Shown here: piece by piece, positions 8,937 through 18,583 of the stretch
Position numbering within the stretch: the stretch's first letter is position 1
How the letters are laid out: each line of letters starts with the position of its first letter
Sequence record: MT127620
Strand: one strand, 5' to 3'
Length of the DNA: 64,000 nt
Source: Escherichia phage PGN6866
Made by a program: the position numbers and the translations under genes
The notes under the pieces: generated by a model
Databases searched by the model: none
The model's input: only the letters and a program-made list of their open reading frames with translations
Told to the model about the DNA's origin: nothing

Positions 8937-11900
8937 ATGGCGCTGTATCCAATAAAGTCACTAGGTGCTGTAGGCGTTATCGCTGACCAGGCTCCGACAG
9001 ACTTAGCTCCTAATGCTTTCACTAATGCTATAAATGCTCGATTTGTTGAGCAGAGAGTATTTAAGACGGGGGGCAATGCCCCTCTTTCTTATGTAGATGA
9101 AGATAAGGATTTAACCCCTCTGTCTTTCGTTTCTATGCCTTTCGATTATTATAGCGCAGGTAATAGCTTTCTTGTTGTAGGTACTAATAAGAAGTTATAT
9201 AAACTGACAGATGAAAGCTTGACTGATATTAGCCGTAAGGTTGCTACAGTCACTAAGAAGGCTTCTGCCTCAATTAAGATTTATCCAGTTGTTTCTCAGA
9301 TCGTTCCTAAAGAATCAACTATCTCAATGAACTTCAATCAGACCAAGAATCTAGAGGTTTCTCTTCTCCCTGCTGATGCTAACAATACTGATCTTATTTG
9401 GGAGGTTAGTAACTCATCCTATGGAAGTATTACGGTAGACCCTAGTGACTCTAAACTTGCTACTCTAACATCTTTTGAGAAAGAGGGTAATCTTGTAGTA
9501 ACTATCTCTACTGCCAATGAGTCCGTAGTGGCTCAGATTGCTGTTAATATCATCGATGGTGATTCAGGCATCTTCTTGAGTCAAGACACTGTTACAATTC
9601 GTAAAGGAGGGACTACTACCCTCACGGCTGTTACTGGCAAGACTCCTGTAACTTGGTCCAGCAATAACGCTTCTATTGTATCTGTAACCCCTAACGCCAA
9701 CTCTTTAACTGCTGTCATTACAGCGAATGGAGAAGGTAATGTAACAATCACTGCTGACAACGGAACTAAGACTGCTTCTTGTGAGATTGTTTCTATCCCT
9801 CAGATTGATAGTATCTCTTTAAGCCAGTCAGATGTTACTGTGAGTAGAGGTTCTCAGTACATCTTAACTGCTACCCTTTCTCCTGCTAACGCCCCTAATC
9901 AAAATATTACTTGGACCTCTTCTAATCCAAATATTGCAACAGTATCAGGGACTAGTACACAAGGGACGATCAACGCTCTACTTGCTGGTTTTACTGAGAT
10001 TACAGCTACCACTGAAGAAGGTAACAGAGTTGCTGTCTGTACTGTACGTGTGGATTTAGCTGGAAGGACAATGAGAACAAGTGCTATGGCATTTGCCGCT
10101 CCTGTGTCAGAGTCGGTAGAAACTCAAGAGGAAGAAGTAGTAACTCCTCCTGAAAGTGAAGAGACGGTTTATTTTGCTGAGCCTACATCCGGTATAGATA
10201 CGTCAGGGATGTATGAAGGTAACAACTTCTACGACTACTCTAACGTAAACGATATTGAAGGTTTTGCAAGAGCTTCTTTACTAGCAACTCCTTTGTCATC
10301 CGTAACTTTAGATGTTGTCAGCGCCTCTCTCGATGTTGGTGAGGAAATAGTTATCACAGCTACAGCTTCTCCAGAAGGTGATTATTCTTATCAGTGGTCT
10401 GTTGATAAGACTGGTTATGTTTCTACAACTTCAGTTACTGGTAAATCTATTAAACTGGTTGCTCTTCGTAAAGGAGAGATTAATGTAACATGTACTGTCA
10501 GCCAAATGACTCAGAAGGATTACGATGCTTTTGATGACTACCCTTGGTATCACGCTGTTATCTCTAACTGTGCAGTTGCTACAACTCACTATGAAACTCC
10601 TCAGGTAAAAGAATTCGAATCAGAATACTTTGTAGACCTTCCGGGATGGGGTGAGCAAACAGTTGTTGATAATGATGGAAACCCTTCAGTCAAGAAGTTT
10701 AACTGGAAATGTGAGAGAGTAAGATCTTTTAACAACCGTCTTTTTGCTCTGAATATGAGAGAGGCTAATGCTTCTGGTGTTACCACTAACTACCCGCTTC
10801 GTCTTCGTTGGTCTAACTTTGCCAATGAGAACAAGGCTCCTACACTGTGGGACGACTTTGCCTATGATCGAGTTGTGTCTTCGGACTTAGCTTCTAACAT
10901 CGTAGGGCAGACTCAGGCTCTAGAGAATGGATATGCTGGTTACATTGACCTAGCCGATTCTAATGGTAGCTTGATTGATATCCTACCTCTTAAAGACTAC
11001 TTGTTCGTTTATACAGAGTTTGAAACGTATATTGGTTCTCCGACTAATAACACGTACCAACCTCTAATGTTCAAGAAGCTCTTTAACGACTCTGGTATCC
11101 TTGCTCCTGAGTGTGTGGTTGAAGTAGAAGGTAGCCACTTCGTAGTTACTCAGAATGATGTAATCTTACACAACGGTGCAACCAAGAAGTCAATTGCATC
11201 TAACCGTGTCAAGAACATGCTGATTAACGAGGTGTGTCTGGTTAATCCTCTAGCAACTCGAGTACACTTGCATCAGGATAAGAAAGAAGTTTGGGTTCTG
11301 TACGTAGGTCCGGGAGAACCAAAAGAAAGCTTCGCTTGTACTAAAGCTGCTGTATGGAATTATGAGTTTGATACTTGGTCTTTCCGTACTATCCCATATG
11401 CTCAGTGTATTGGTCTGGTTGATCCTCCTGTTTTAGAAAGAGGTCCAATCTGGTCTGACTTCCAAGAAATCACTTGGGATGACCCATCTATTAAAGAACT
11501 CGTTTGGAGAAAGGATGCAACAAACTTTAGACAGAGGGTTACGATAGTAGGTTCATTCTTGAAGGGATTCTATCAAGTGGATGTAGGTGCTCTTGATTAT
11601 TTCTATGACAGGCTAAACGATGTTGTTATAGAGAAGCCTCTGGAAATGAGGTTGGAGAGGACTGGTATAGATTTTGATAATGTGACGAATGAGTGGAATC
11701 AGAAGCATATTAACAGGTTCCGACCTCAGACAACTGGCTCAGGTACTTACATATTTGAAGCTGGTGGTAGTCAATTCTCAAATGAATATGGACACCCACA
11801 CACATCTAAGACATATACGATCGGTGTTGACAGGCATGTCTCGGTGAGACTGAACCATCCATACCTTTTCTATAATGTTATAGATAATGATGTTAACAGT

Positions 11901-11954
11901 AATGCTGCTATCAATGGTTTAACGATAGAGTTTGCTGTTGGCGGGCGGAGATAA
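8937..11954 (+). CDS. Large structural protein with several Ig-like (Big_2) domains, probable tail spike/fibre
   Basis: Repeated Big_2-like segments; 1005 aa; RBS aaggagg. Confidence 0.75.
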   Translation: MALYPIKSLGAVGVIADQAPTDLAPNAFTNAINARFVEQRVFKTGGNAPLSYVDEDKDLTPLSFVSMPFDYYSAGNSFLVVGTNKKLYKLTDESLTDISRKVATVTKKASASIKIYPVVSQIVPKESTISMNFNQTKNLEVSLLPADANNTDLIWEVSNSSYGSITVDPSDSKLATLTSFEKEGNLVVTISTANESVVAQIAVNIIDGDSGIFLSQDTVTIRKGGTTTLTAVTGKTPVTWSSNNASIVSVTPNANSLTAVITANGEGNVTITADNGTKTASCEIVSIPQIDSISLSQSDVTVSRGSQYILTATLSPANAPNQNITWTSSNPNIATVSGTSTQGTINALLAGFTEITATTEEGNRVAVCTVRVDLAGRTMRTSAMAFAAPVSESVETQEEEVVTPPESEETVYFAEPTSGIDTSGMYEGNNFYDYSNVNDIEGFARASLLATPLSSVTLDVVSASLDVGEEIVITATASPEGDYSYQWSVDKTGYVSTTSVTGKSIKLVALRKGEINVTCTVSQMTQKDYDAFDDYPWYHAVISNCAVATTHYETPQVKEFESEYFVDLPGWGEQTVVDNDGNPSVKKFNWKCERVRSFNNRLFALNMREANASGVTTNYPLRLRWSNFANENKAPTLWDDFAYDRVVSSDLASNIVGQTQALENGYAGYIDLADSNGSLIDILPLKDYLFVYTEFETYIGSPTNNTYQPLMFKKLFNDSGILAPECVVEVEGSHFVVTQNDVILHNGATKKSIASNRVKNMLINEVCLVNPLATRVHLHQDKKEVWVLYVGPGEPKESFACTKAAVWNYEFDTWSFRTIPYAQCIGLVDPPVLERGPIWSDFQEITWDDPSIKELVWRKDATNFRQRVTIVGSFLKGFYQVDVGALDYFYDRLNDVVIEKPLEMRLERTGIDFDNVTNEWNQKHINRFRPQTTGSGTYIFEAGGSQFSNEYGHPHTSKTYTIGVDRHVSVRLNHPYLFYNVIDNDVNSNAAINGLTIEFAVGGRR

Positions 11955-11959
11955 CAACA

Positions 11960-11987
11960 AGGGGCTTCGTGCCCCTTTTATTGTTTT
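11960..11987 (+). terminator. Rho-independent terminator (ggggc-ttcgt-gcccc + T-run)
   Basis: GC stem, 5-nt loop, ttttattgtttt. Confidence 0.6.
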
Positions 11988-11997
11988 GGAGGAACTT

Positions 11998-12966
11998 ATG
12001 GGTGCAGGTGGTTTTCGTAAGAACACTGGTCGCAATAACACCACACTCCCGTACAACGTTGGGTTTCTCAATAATGTACAGGACACAGAAACATATAACG
12101 TAGCCGTATATGATGAGCTACAAAAAGTCAGTACAGCTACTAACCAAATGTTCCAAGCTATAGATGAAATTCACGAAGAGATTGATGTTCGTATTAAAGC
12201 TCTTAATGCAATGAATCTACAATTTGATGAGCTTGAGAATAGAATTACTACAGAGATAGAAACAGCTATTGCAGATATCCAAACCCAGATGGGGAACCTG
12301 TCCACTGAGGACATTTGGGATAATTCTGTTCAACCTCCTGTGAAGCTGGAAAGCACTGTATCTGGTTTTAAGACCAGCATCGAAGGTAACACAACTAAAA
12401 TTCAGACAGTAGAAGGTATTGTTAATGATCAAGGTCAAGAGATTGCTCTTGTTCAGACAGAACTACAAAATATCAACGGAAGCCTTTCTCAGTATATGAA
12501 ACTCTCTGAGTATGAAGCTACGTGGGGTATTAACTCTACAGTCAACGGAAGATATGCTGGGGTCAAGTTAACTAATAATGGTACAAACAGTCAATTCCAA
12601 GTAACAGCTAACAAATTTATTGTTGGTGATGGTAGCTCTGGGAATACTCCCTTCGTGTTTGAGGGTGGGCGAGCTAGGATGGAATTTGCTGATATAAAGA
12701 ATGTCAATATCACAACAGCTCAGATTGCTAACGCTAGAATCCAATGGGCACAGATCGATAACGTATCCATCTCCAATGCTCAGATTCAGAACTTGTCAGC
12801 GGATAAGATTACTGCTGGCTCTATGTGGGGTTCTAACTGGAGACTTACTGTTGGTGGGGACTTTGTTATGGGTGGCACAGGTGGGGCACAATTGTGGATG
12901 AATGGTAACAGAATAGACTTCTACGATGGAAGCGGTGCTCTGAGAATCAGGATAGGGAGTTGGTAA
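11998..12966 (+). CDS. Hypothetical virion protein (start moved to ATG after ggagg RBS; track ORF extends into terminator)
   Basis: Track ORF 11932-12966 overlaps the upstream terminator; ATG at 11998 has an RBS. Confidence 0.6.
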   Translation: MGAGGFRKNTGRNNTTLPYNVGFLNNVQDTETYNVAVYDELQKVSTATNQMFQAIDEIHEEIDVRIKALNAMNLQFDELENRITTEIETAIADIQTQMGNLSTEDIWDNSVQPPVKLESTVSGFKTSIEGNTTKIQTVEGIVNDQGQEIALVQTELQNINGSLSQYMKLSEYEATWGINSTVNGRYAGVKLTNNGTNSQFQVTANKFIVGDGSSGNTPFVFEGGRARMEFADIKNVNITTAQIANARIQWAQIDNVSISNAQIQNLSADKITAGSMWGSNWRLTVGGDFVMGGTGGAQLWMNGNRIDFYDGSGALRIRIGSW

Positions 12967-12967
12967 T

Positions 12968-13999
12968 ATGGCATACGGAATATGGACACAACCAGTAGGG
13001 CCGGGGCCAGCAACCCCCGCTCCCTTATTTATTGATAGCGGAAGCACTTTCCCTCAGTTCAAGAATAGTATAAGAGGGAGTTTTAACTTTAATGGGGCTG
13101 GGAGATCTTTCCCTATTAGTGGATGGGATGGCAGTGGTCAGATAGTTATTGTTCCTACCGGTTCTTTATGCTGGCAATGGGAAGTCCCTCCTAACCTAGT
13201 TCCTGATGTTTATTGTGTGAATAATATCTACGTAGAAAACAGTTCCTCTTTTAGAGTTACTCTGAATCAGAACCCCGGCAGTAACCCCTTGTTTGACTGT
13301 GGGTTCAACGTATATCAAATATGGCCTAGAGCGGATAGGAATTACGGAATTACCTTTTCTAATACAGCAGACTACTTCTCGATATCTGATAGTGGGGTCG
13401 TCGGTCAATGTATTTGGGCTTGGCAGGGGACCATAAACAATGCCCTTCAGATACCAAATATCGGTGGGTTCAATATGACCAATGCTGTTGTGTTTGCTAA
13501 TTGGTCTGATGGAGGGATAGGACTATCTTATACTTCTGATGACAGGGTTATTCGTGTTTATCAGAACAGACCTTACATAAACGGCAACACTAATGAGGGT
13601 GGTTCTGTGTTTGCTAGAGTTGCAGTATTCTGCAATGGAGCAGGAGTTCCGGAACATAATGGAGGTTTGAATATTTACTCTCCGGGTACCACGCAATGTG
13701 TCTTCTCTACTAACAGAACACCTTTCACTGTTGATACTTTTATAGGCTCAGGAGGTGGTAACACAGGAATGGCATACCCTATGATACCTCTTACCTCTGG
13801 AATAGGTGCGATAAAAGGCCAAGGCAGTGGATGGAGATATCAGCAAATGAGATCTCACACAATGAGTGGTTCTACGATAGGAACGGGCTATGGAAGGTAT
13901 TTATTTCAGTGGGATCAGAATTACGACCTAGGAGCTGATACTGTAGTTAATTTATCAGTTCCTGTAATAAATGCAGCTAAGGTTTTTGCTGGACTATAA
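12968..13999 (+). CDS. Hypothetical virion protein (343 aa)
   Basis: ORF translationally coupled to upstream gene. Confidence 0.6.
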   Translation: MAYGIWTQPVGPGPATPAPLFIDSGSTFPQFKNSIRGSFNFNGAGRSFPISGWDGSGQIVIVPTGSLCWQWEVPPNLVPDVYCVNNIYVENSSSFRVTLNQNPGSNPLFDCGFNVYQIWPRADRNYGITFSNTADYFSISDSGVVGQCIWAWQGTINNALQIPNIGGFNMTNAVVFANWSDGGIGLSYTSDDRVIRVYQNRPYINGNTNEGGSVFARVAVFCNGAGVPEHNGGLNIYSPGTTQCVFSTNRTPFTVDTFIGSGGGNTGMAYPMIPLTSGIGAIKGQGSGWRYQQMRSHTMSGSTIGTGYGRYLFQWDQNYDLGADTVVNLSVPVINAAKVFAGL

Positions 14000-14011
14000 C
14001 AAGGAGATATT

Positions 14012-14794
14012 ATGGCAATTAGAATGGGTATCGAAGAACTAGACCCAATGGTACAGCAAGCTTCAAAGAAGTATGGGATTCCTGCTGCTTTGATTCATGC
14101 TGTAATCCAAAGGGAGTCTAGTGGTCGTCCTACAGTGGCTTCTGGAACTGGTCCTGTAGGTTTAATGCAGATCAGTAAAGGGTTGGCTAAAGATTACGGT
14201 TACAAACTAGAAGACAGACTTGACCCAGCAAAGAATATTGATATGGGTGCTCGTTATATTAGAGATAACTTAAAAGCTTTTAATGGTGATGTTAAGAAAG
14301 CAATGGTTGGTTATTCAGAAGGTATCGGCGGAGCTAAGCAAATGTTCGCTGGTAAAAAGGGATTTACACCTCAAGCTCTTGACTCCATGAACAATAAACA
14401 CTTTCTTCCTTTCTATGGTGATGCAGCTTCTCAGATTGCTAACCCTGTTGGAGCTTTGCAAGCTGTTCAACCAGTCAATCAGTTTAGTTCTGACTTACTA
14501 GACAGAGAGAAAGCCGCACAAGCTCCAACTCAGGCAGAGATTGCTGCTTCTAAGACAGGTGCTTTAGGCGGAAATCCAGTAGAGTTTTACTCTGATGAAG
14601 TGCAGGAAGGTGAAAACCAGAAGCCTCAACAGAACTTTGGTAATGCAGTATTAGGGGTAGCTGCTATGCTTGCTGGCAAACCTCCCACCTCTCAAACAGT
14701 TCAGAGGGCAAGTGCACCACATGCAGCAGGTTCTCAGTACAGTCCACAAACACAAGCAGTGCTCAGACGTTTAGCTAGCATTGGTGTAAAGTAA
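14012..14794 (+). CDS. Virion-associated lytic transglycosylase (SLT domain)
   Basis: N-terminal motif ALIHAVIQRESSGRP...GPVGLMQI matches soluble lytic transglycosylase catalytic region. Confidence 0.8.
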   Translation: MAIRMGIEELDPMVQQASKKYGIPAALIHAVIQRESSGRPTVASGTGPVGLMQISKGLAKDYGYKLEDRLDPAKNIDMGARYIRDNLKAFNGDVKKAMVGYSEGIGGAKQMFAGKKGFTPQALDSMNNKHFLPFYGDAASQIANPVGALQAVQPVNQFSSDLLDREKAAQAPTQAEIAASKTGALGGNPVEFYSDEVQEGENQKPQQNFGNAVLGVAAMLAGKPPTSQTVQRASAPHAAGSQYSPQTQAVLRRLASIGVK

Positions 14795-14813
14795 TAATCT
14801 TTAAGGAGGACTT

Positions 14814-15866
14814 ATGTCTTTATTTGGAAAATCAGCTTCTAGCAAAACCACAGTGGCCCCTTCCTCTCAGGTTGATGCCCTGCTGAAGCAGATTGTTGCT
14901 AATGCTCAAAATATGCAGAACAACGATCCGGGATTCATCTCCCAACAGCTGGCTGGGTTTAATGGCAACCAACAAGGTGCTCTGAACAACTTAGCAGCTT
15001 CTATTACTCAGAAGAAACTAGCTGATATGTATACACCACGTACACAGCAAGGGTTGGACCAATTAAACTCTCTTGCCCAGCAGTATCAGAATATTGTTAA
15101 TGGTGGTGGAGTAACGGCTGAAGGGGTTAATAACTTTAGTAAAGGTTTGAATAACTCAGCCCTTGCACAAGCTACTAGCAAAGCAGCTTCTAATGTCTCT
15201 CTTGGCAATGGTTCTGATTCAGGTTCTCTCCGTAGAGCTGCTGCTCAAGGTGCTGCTCTGAACAGTGCTAATACAAACTTAGCTCGTACTATCAGTGGCA
15301 AGAATATGGGAATCAGCGCTCTTCAACAAGATCAAAACTTCCAGAGAGGCTTACTTGGCGCTCAGTCAGGATTGGCTGGACAGAATCTCAATCTTGGTGC
15401 TCAAGGTGTTCAGGCAACTCAACAAGCTATCCAGAATCAACTCATGGCTGGTAATCTACAACAACAACAAGCCCAAGCTCAAGCTGATATTAATTGGCAG
15501 AACGCTATTGGCTCTCAGCAGTATGGGTGGAATCAGCTTAACAACCAACTTAATGTATTAAATAGTGTAAGCCCAATGGCTGGGTATACGATTAAGAATG
15601 CCACTCCGGGCGTTAATACAGGACAGCAGATTCTCGGCGCTGGTATCACTGGATTAGGTATTGCAGGTCGTATGGGTGCTTTCTCTCCTAATCAACAGAC
15701 TCAGAATGCTTGGAGTTCCTATAACAACTCAGGTGGGCAATCTGGAATGGCTGGCCCTATGATTGGAGGTTCTAATCTTTCTCAACAGAGAGGTCAGTCT
15801 AACTGGTTATCCACAGCAGGTAGTAATATCTTAGGTGGTGTCTTAGGGGCGTTTGGAGCAAACTAA
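14814..15866 (+). CDS. Q/N/G-rich virion protein, paralog of next gene
   Basis: Shares N-terminal M.LFG...KTT and GFN.NQ..ALNNLA motifs with 15879-16847; Gly-rich hydrophobic C-terminus. Confidence 0.6.
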   Translation: MSLFGKSASSKTTVAPSSQVDALLKQIVANAQNMQNNDPGFISQQLAGFNGNQQGALNNLAASITQKKLADMYTPRTQQGLDQLNSLAQQYQNIVNGGGVTAEGVNNFSKGLNNSALAQATSKAASNVSLGNGSDSGSLRRAAAQGAALNSANTNLARTISGKNMGISALQQDQNFQRGLLGAQSGLAGQNLNLGAQGVQATQQAIQNQLMAGNLQQQQAQAQADINWQNAIGSQQYGWNQLNNQLNVLNSVSPMAGYTIKNATPGVNTGQQILGAGITGLGIAGRMGAFSPNQQTQNAWSSYNNSGGQSGMAGPMIGGSNLSQQRGQSNWLSTAGSNILGGVLGAFGAN

Positions 15867-15878
15867 AGGAGATTTGAT

Positions 15879-16847
15879 ATGGGACTTTTCGGAGGCGGGG
15901 GTAGTAAAACTACTTCCCAAATGATTCGCCCTGAATACATTCAACAGTATATTGACCAGCTTAACCAACAGATTGGTAATACTAGTTCAGGGGATTATGT
16001 TTATCACGACAATGTAGGGTTTAATAATAATCAGACAGAGGCACTTAATAACCTAGCACAATCTGGAGCTTTAGGCACTCTCTCACAGCAATACATGGAT
16101 GCAGCAGGTCAAGGGTTAGGATATCTGGATAATGCCTATAAAGGCTATCAGAGCCTCTCTGGACAAGGTGGGATTACTGGAGAACAGATTGGTGCTCTCG
16201 CTGGTCAACTGTATGATGATGACGCTGTGCAAGCAGCCATTACAGCTAATAATGAACAGGTTCAACAGAACTTGGCACGTAATGCTCTTCCTCAGTTAGC
16301 TCAACAGTTTGCTGGTCAACAAGGTTCAGGTGCTCGTATGGCTAAGTCTTTTGCCCAAGGTGATGCTCTGAATCAGATGCAAGGCCAAGCAACAGACATT
16401 ACCAATAGTGCCTATAACTCGGCTATTAGCCAAGCTGAAAGCATCCTCTCTGGTAATAGACAGAATCAGGCAGCTGCTCTCTCTGGTCTTTCTAATATTG
16501 GTTCTAACCTTTCTAATCTAGGTCAGCAGGGTGCTAATTTGTCTCAACAGCAAATAATGAATCAATGGAATGCAGGGTTGCAGCAACAACAGCAACAACA
16601 GAATGAATATGATAATGCCTACCAGAATGCTCAGAACGCAGCTAATTGGGGATGGCAAGATATCAATAACCAACTCGGTGCAGCAGGTGTACTTAACGGT
16701 GCTCTCGGACAAACCACAACTACTAAAACATCTGGTGGCAAAGGTGGTTTCCTTGGTGGAGCTATGAGTGGTGCAGCAGCTGGCTCTTCCTTTGGACCTT
16801 GGGGTGCATTAGCTGGGGGTGTAATCGGTGGGTTGGCTAGTACTTAA
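15879..16847 (+). CDS. Q/N/G-rich virion protein, paralog of previous gene
   Basis: See previous; RBS taaaggag. Confidence 0.6.
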   Translation: MGLFGGGGSKTTSQMIRPEYIQQYIDQLNQQIGNTSSGDYVYHDNVGFNNNQTEALNNLAQSGALGTLSQQYMDAAGQGLGYLDNAYKGYQSLSGQGGITGEQIGALAGQLYDDDAVQAAITANNEQVQQNLARNALPQLAQQFAGQQGSGARMAKSFAQGDALNQMQGQATDITNSAYNSAISQAESILSGNRQNQAAALSGLSNIGSNLSNLGQQGANLSQQQIMNQWNAGLQQQQQQQNEYDNAYQNAQNAANWGWQDINNQLGAAGVLNGALGQTTTTKTSGGKGGFLGGAMSGAAAGSSFGPWGALAGGVIGGLAST

Positions 16848-16860
16848 TTAGGAGATAAAT

Positions 16861-18516
16861 ATGCAACAGACAACTTACGCTCAGGTCAGAAGTCGTGACC
16901 CGAGAAATACTTTCTATGGTGTTAATCCGGGAGCGGCTTCGGCCTCTCCTTATATGGCTAGACCAACTCAGACAGCAGATATTTCTATGTATCAACGTCC
17001 TGCTGTACCTTCATCTCTTGCGGGTCTTGTCTCTCAGGCAGAAGAAGATCAGAATGCTATGGTTAATCCGGGATTCCAGCAACGTCTTATGGAACAGCAG
17101 AATCAAGGAACTCCTACCAGTCTTCAGGGTATTGATATTGGAGCACCGGCCCCTGTAGCAGCTAATCCTAACCTATCCACTGATCAGGGTTTACAGGATG
17201 CTGGGCTTATGCCTAGTGACCCTCTTCCGGTAACACCTCCTCCTAAACCACTAGAAGCTGGTCCTATAGAGTTTACTCCTTCTCAGGTGGAGCAGGCACA
17301 AGGTGTGATTAATACTCTTGCTCAAGGACAAGACGCTGGTGATGGGATGACTGCTGCTACTCGTGCTAAAGATCAAGAACGTGTTAACAATGATATCTTG
17401 CAAGTTGCGAAAGCTAAAGACCCTTCAGAAGCTTGGAACAAACTACAGAAAGAACCATTCTATCAGAACTCTAGTTTCTACACAGGGTTGATGGGTGTAG
17501 GTCTTTCCATTATGTCAGGTAAGTCTCCTATCGAAGCTTTCCAGATTGGTCAGGGAATGGCTAATCAAGATGAGACTAAGAAGCAACTGGAAGCTAACCG
17601 TGATGCTCTGATTGAACAAGGTTTCTCTCAAGACTCAATCGCAGCTGCTATTGCTAACGGAGACCCATCTCTTCTGAAGATGAAAGCTGTAGACCCTGCT
17701 CAGAAAGAAGCTCTGTATGCTGCTCGTGAAGAACGTCAGAATGCTGAATGGGACAGACGTCAACAGATTCAAGAGCAGGCTATGCGTGAACGTGCCGAGG
17801 AAACTCGTCGTGCTGCTGAAAAGAGAACTGATATGAACTTTGAACGTCAGAAAGAGTTGATTGGCTATCGTGATAAAGTTAAGGCTGAACGTGCTGAACA
17901 AGTTGCTCAAAGTTTCAACTTCCCCACGAAAGAAATTCGTAACGCTCAGAATACAGCTGAAGGTACTATCGCTAAGCAATGGGCAGAGAAAGGTGGCTTG
18001 TTTAACCAGTCTAATAAAGACTTGGATTTGGCTGATAAAGCTGTTAAGGACAAAGACTATCAGACGGCCCGTTCTGCTTACATGCAGGCTATCATGAACT
18101 CCGCAAGGGCTGAAATTGGTTCTACTCGTTCTCTCACTGAAGAAGATTTGGGACATTTTGCAGAAGACCCATCAATCTTTATCCGTGTAGGTAACAAGTT
18201 TGCTCTGAAGTCTGGATGGCGTCCTACTGATGCTGCTCTTGCTTATGCTCGTAAACAGGCTAACGTCGGTCACACCTCTGCTATGAAAGGTGTTGCTGAT
18301 GCTAAGAGAGATACCATCAACGCTTATATTGGTTCTGGTATGGATAAGAAGAGAGCTACTGCATTGGTTAACCGTGCAATTCCTTCTGGCGGTTTCTATG
18401 ACCCTCTTGGTGCTTTCTCTGAAGAAGCAGAGGAGGCAGTTGGTGGTGCAGCAACCAATCCTAAGCTTAACGGTGCTTTATCAGCTGTCGAAGACACTAG
18501 CTGGTTCACACAATAA
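16861..18516 (+). CDS. Hypothetical virion protein (551 aa), coiled-coil rich
   Basis: ORF with RBS ttaggag. Confidence 0.6.
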   Translation: MQQTTYAQVRSRDPRNTFYGVNPGAASASPYMARPTQTADISMYQRPAVPSSLAGLVSQAEEDQNAMVNPGFQQRLMEQQNQGTPTSLQGIDIGAPAPVAANPNLSTDQGLQDAGLMPSDPLPVTPPPKPLEAGPIEFTPSQVEQAQGVINTLAQGQDAGDGMTAATRAKDQERVNNDILQVAKAKDPSEAWNKLQKEPFYQNSSFYTGLMGVGLSIMSGKSPIEAFQIGQGMANQDETKKQLEANRDALIEQGFSQDSIAAAIANGDPSLLKMKAVDPAQKEALYAAREERQNAEWDRRQQIQEQAMRERAEETRRAAEKRTDMNFERQKELIGYRDKVKAERAEQVAQSFNFPTKEIRNAQNTAEGTIAKQWAEKGGLFNQSNKDLDLADKAVKDKDYQTARSAYMQAIMNSARAEIGSTRSLTEEDLGHFAEDPSIFIRVGNKFALKSGWRPTDAALAYARKQANVGHTSAMKGVADAKRDTINAYIGSGMDKKRATALVNRAIPSGGFYDPLGAFSEEAEEAVGGAATNPKLNGALSAVEDTSWFTQ

Positions 18517-18536
18517 GACCTAAGTCCTGCCTTCTA

Positions 18537-18547
18537 TAATGTATATA
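18537..18547 (+). promoter_or_regulatory. TAATGTATATA motif, candidate phage promoter element
   Basis: Recurs at 1610 and 28456; 37 nt upstream of the RBS of the large gene. Confidence 0.35.
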
Positions 18548-18583
18548 GGGGGTAGGACATTTTTATTTATAAAAGGAGACGTT

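Noticed and set aside
11932-11997. N-terminal extension of track ORF 11932-12966
   Set aside because: It overlaps the upstream gene end and the terminator hairpin; an ATG at 11998 with a ggagg RBS is the more plausible start.
18539-18583. N-terminal extension (MYIGGRTFLFIKGDV) of the large virion protein ORF
   Set aside because: No RBS; an ATG at 18584 is preceded by aaaaggagac and removes overlap with the TAATGTATATA motif.
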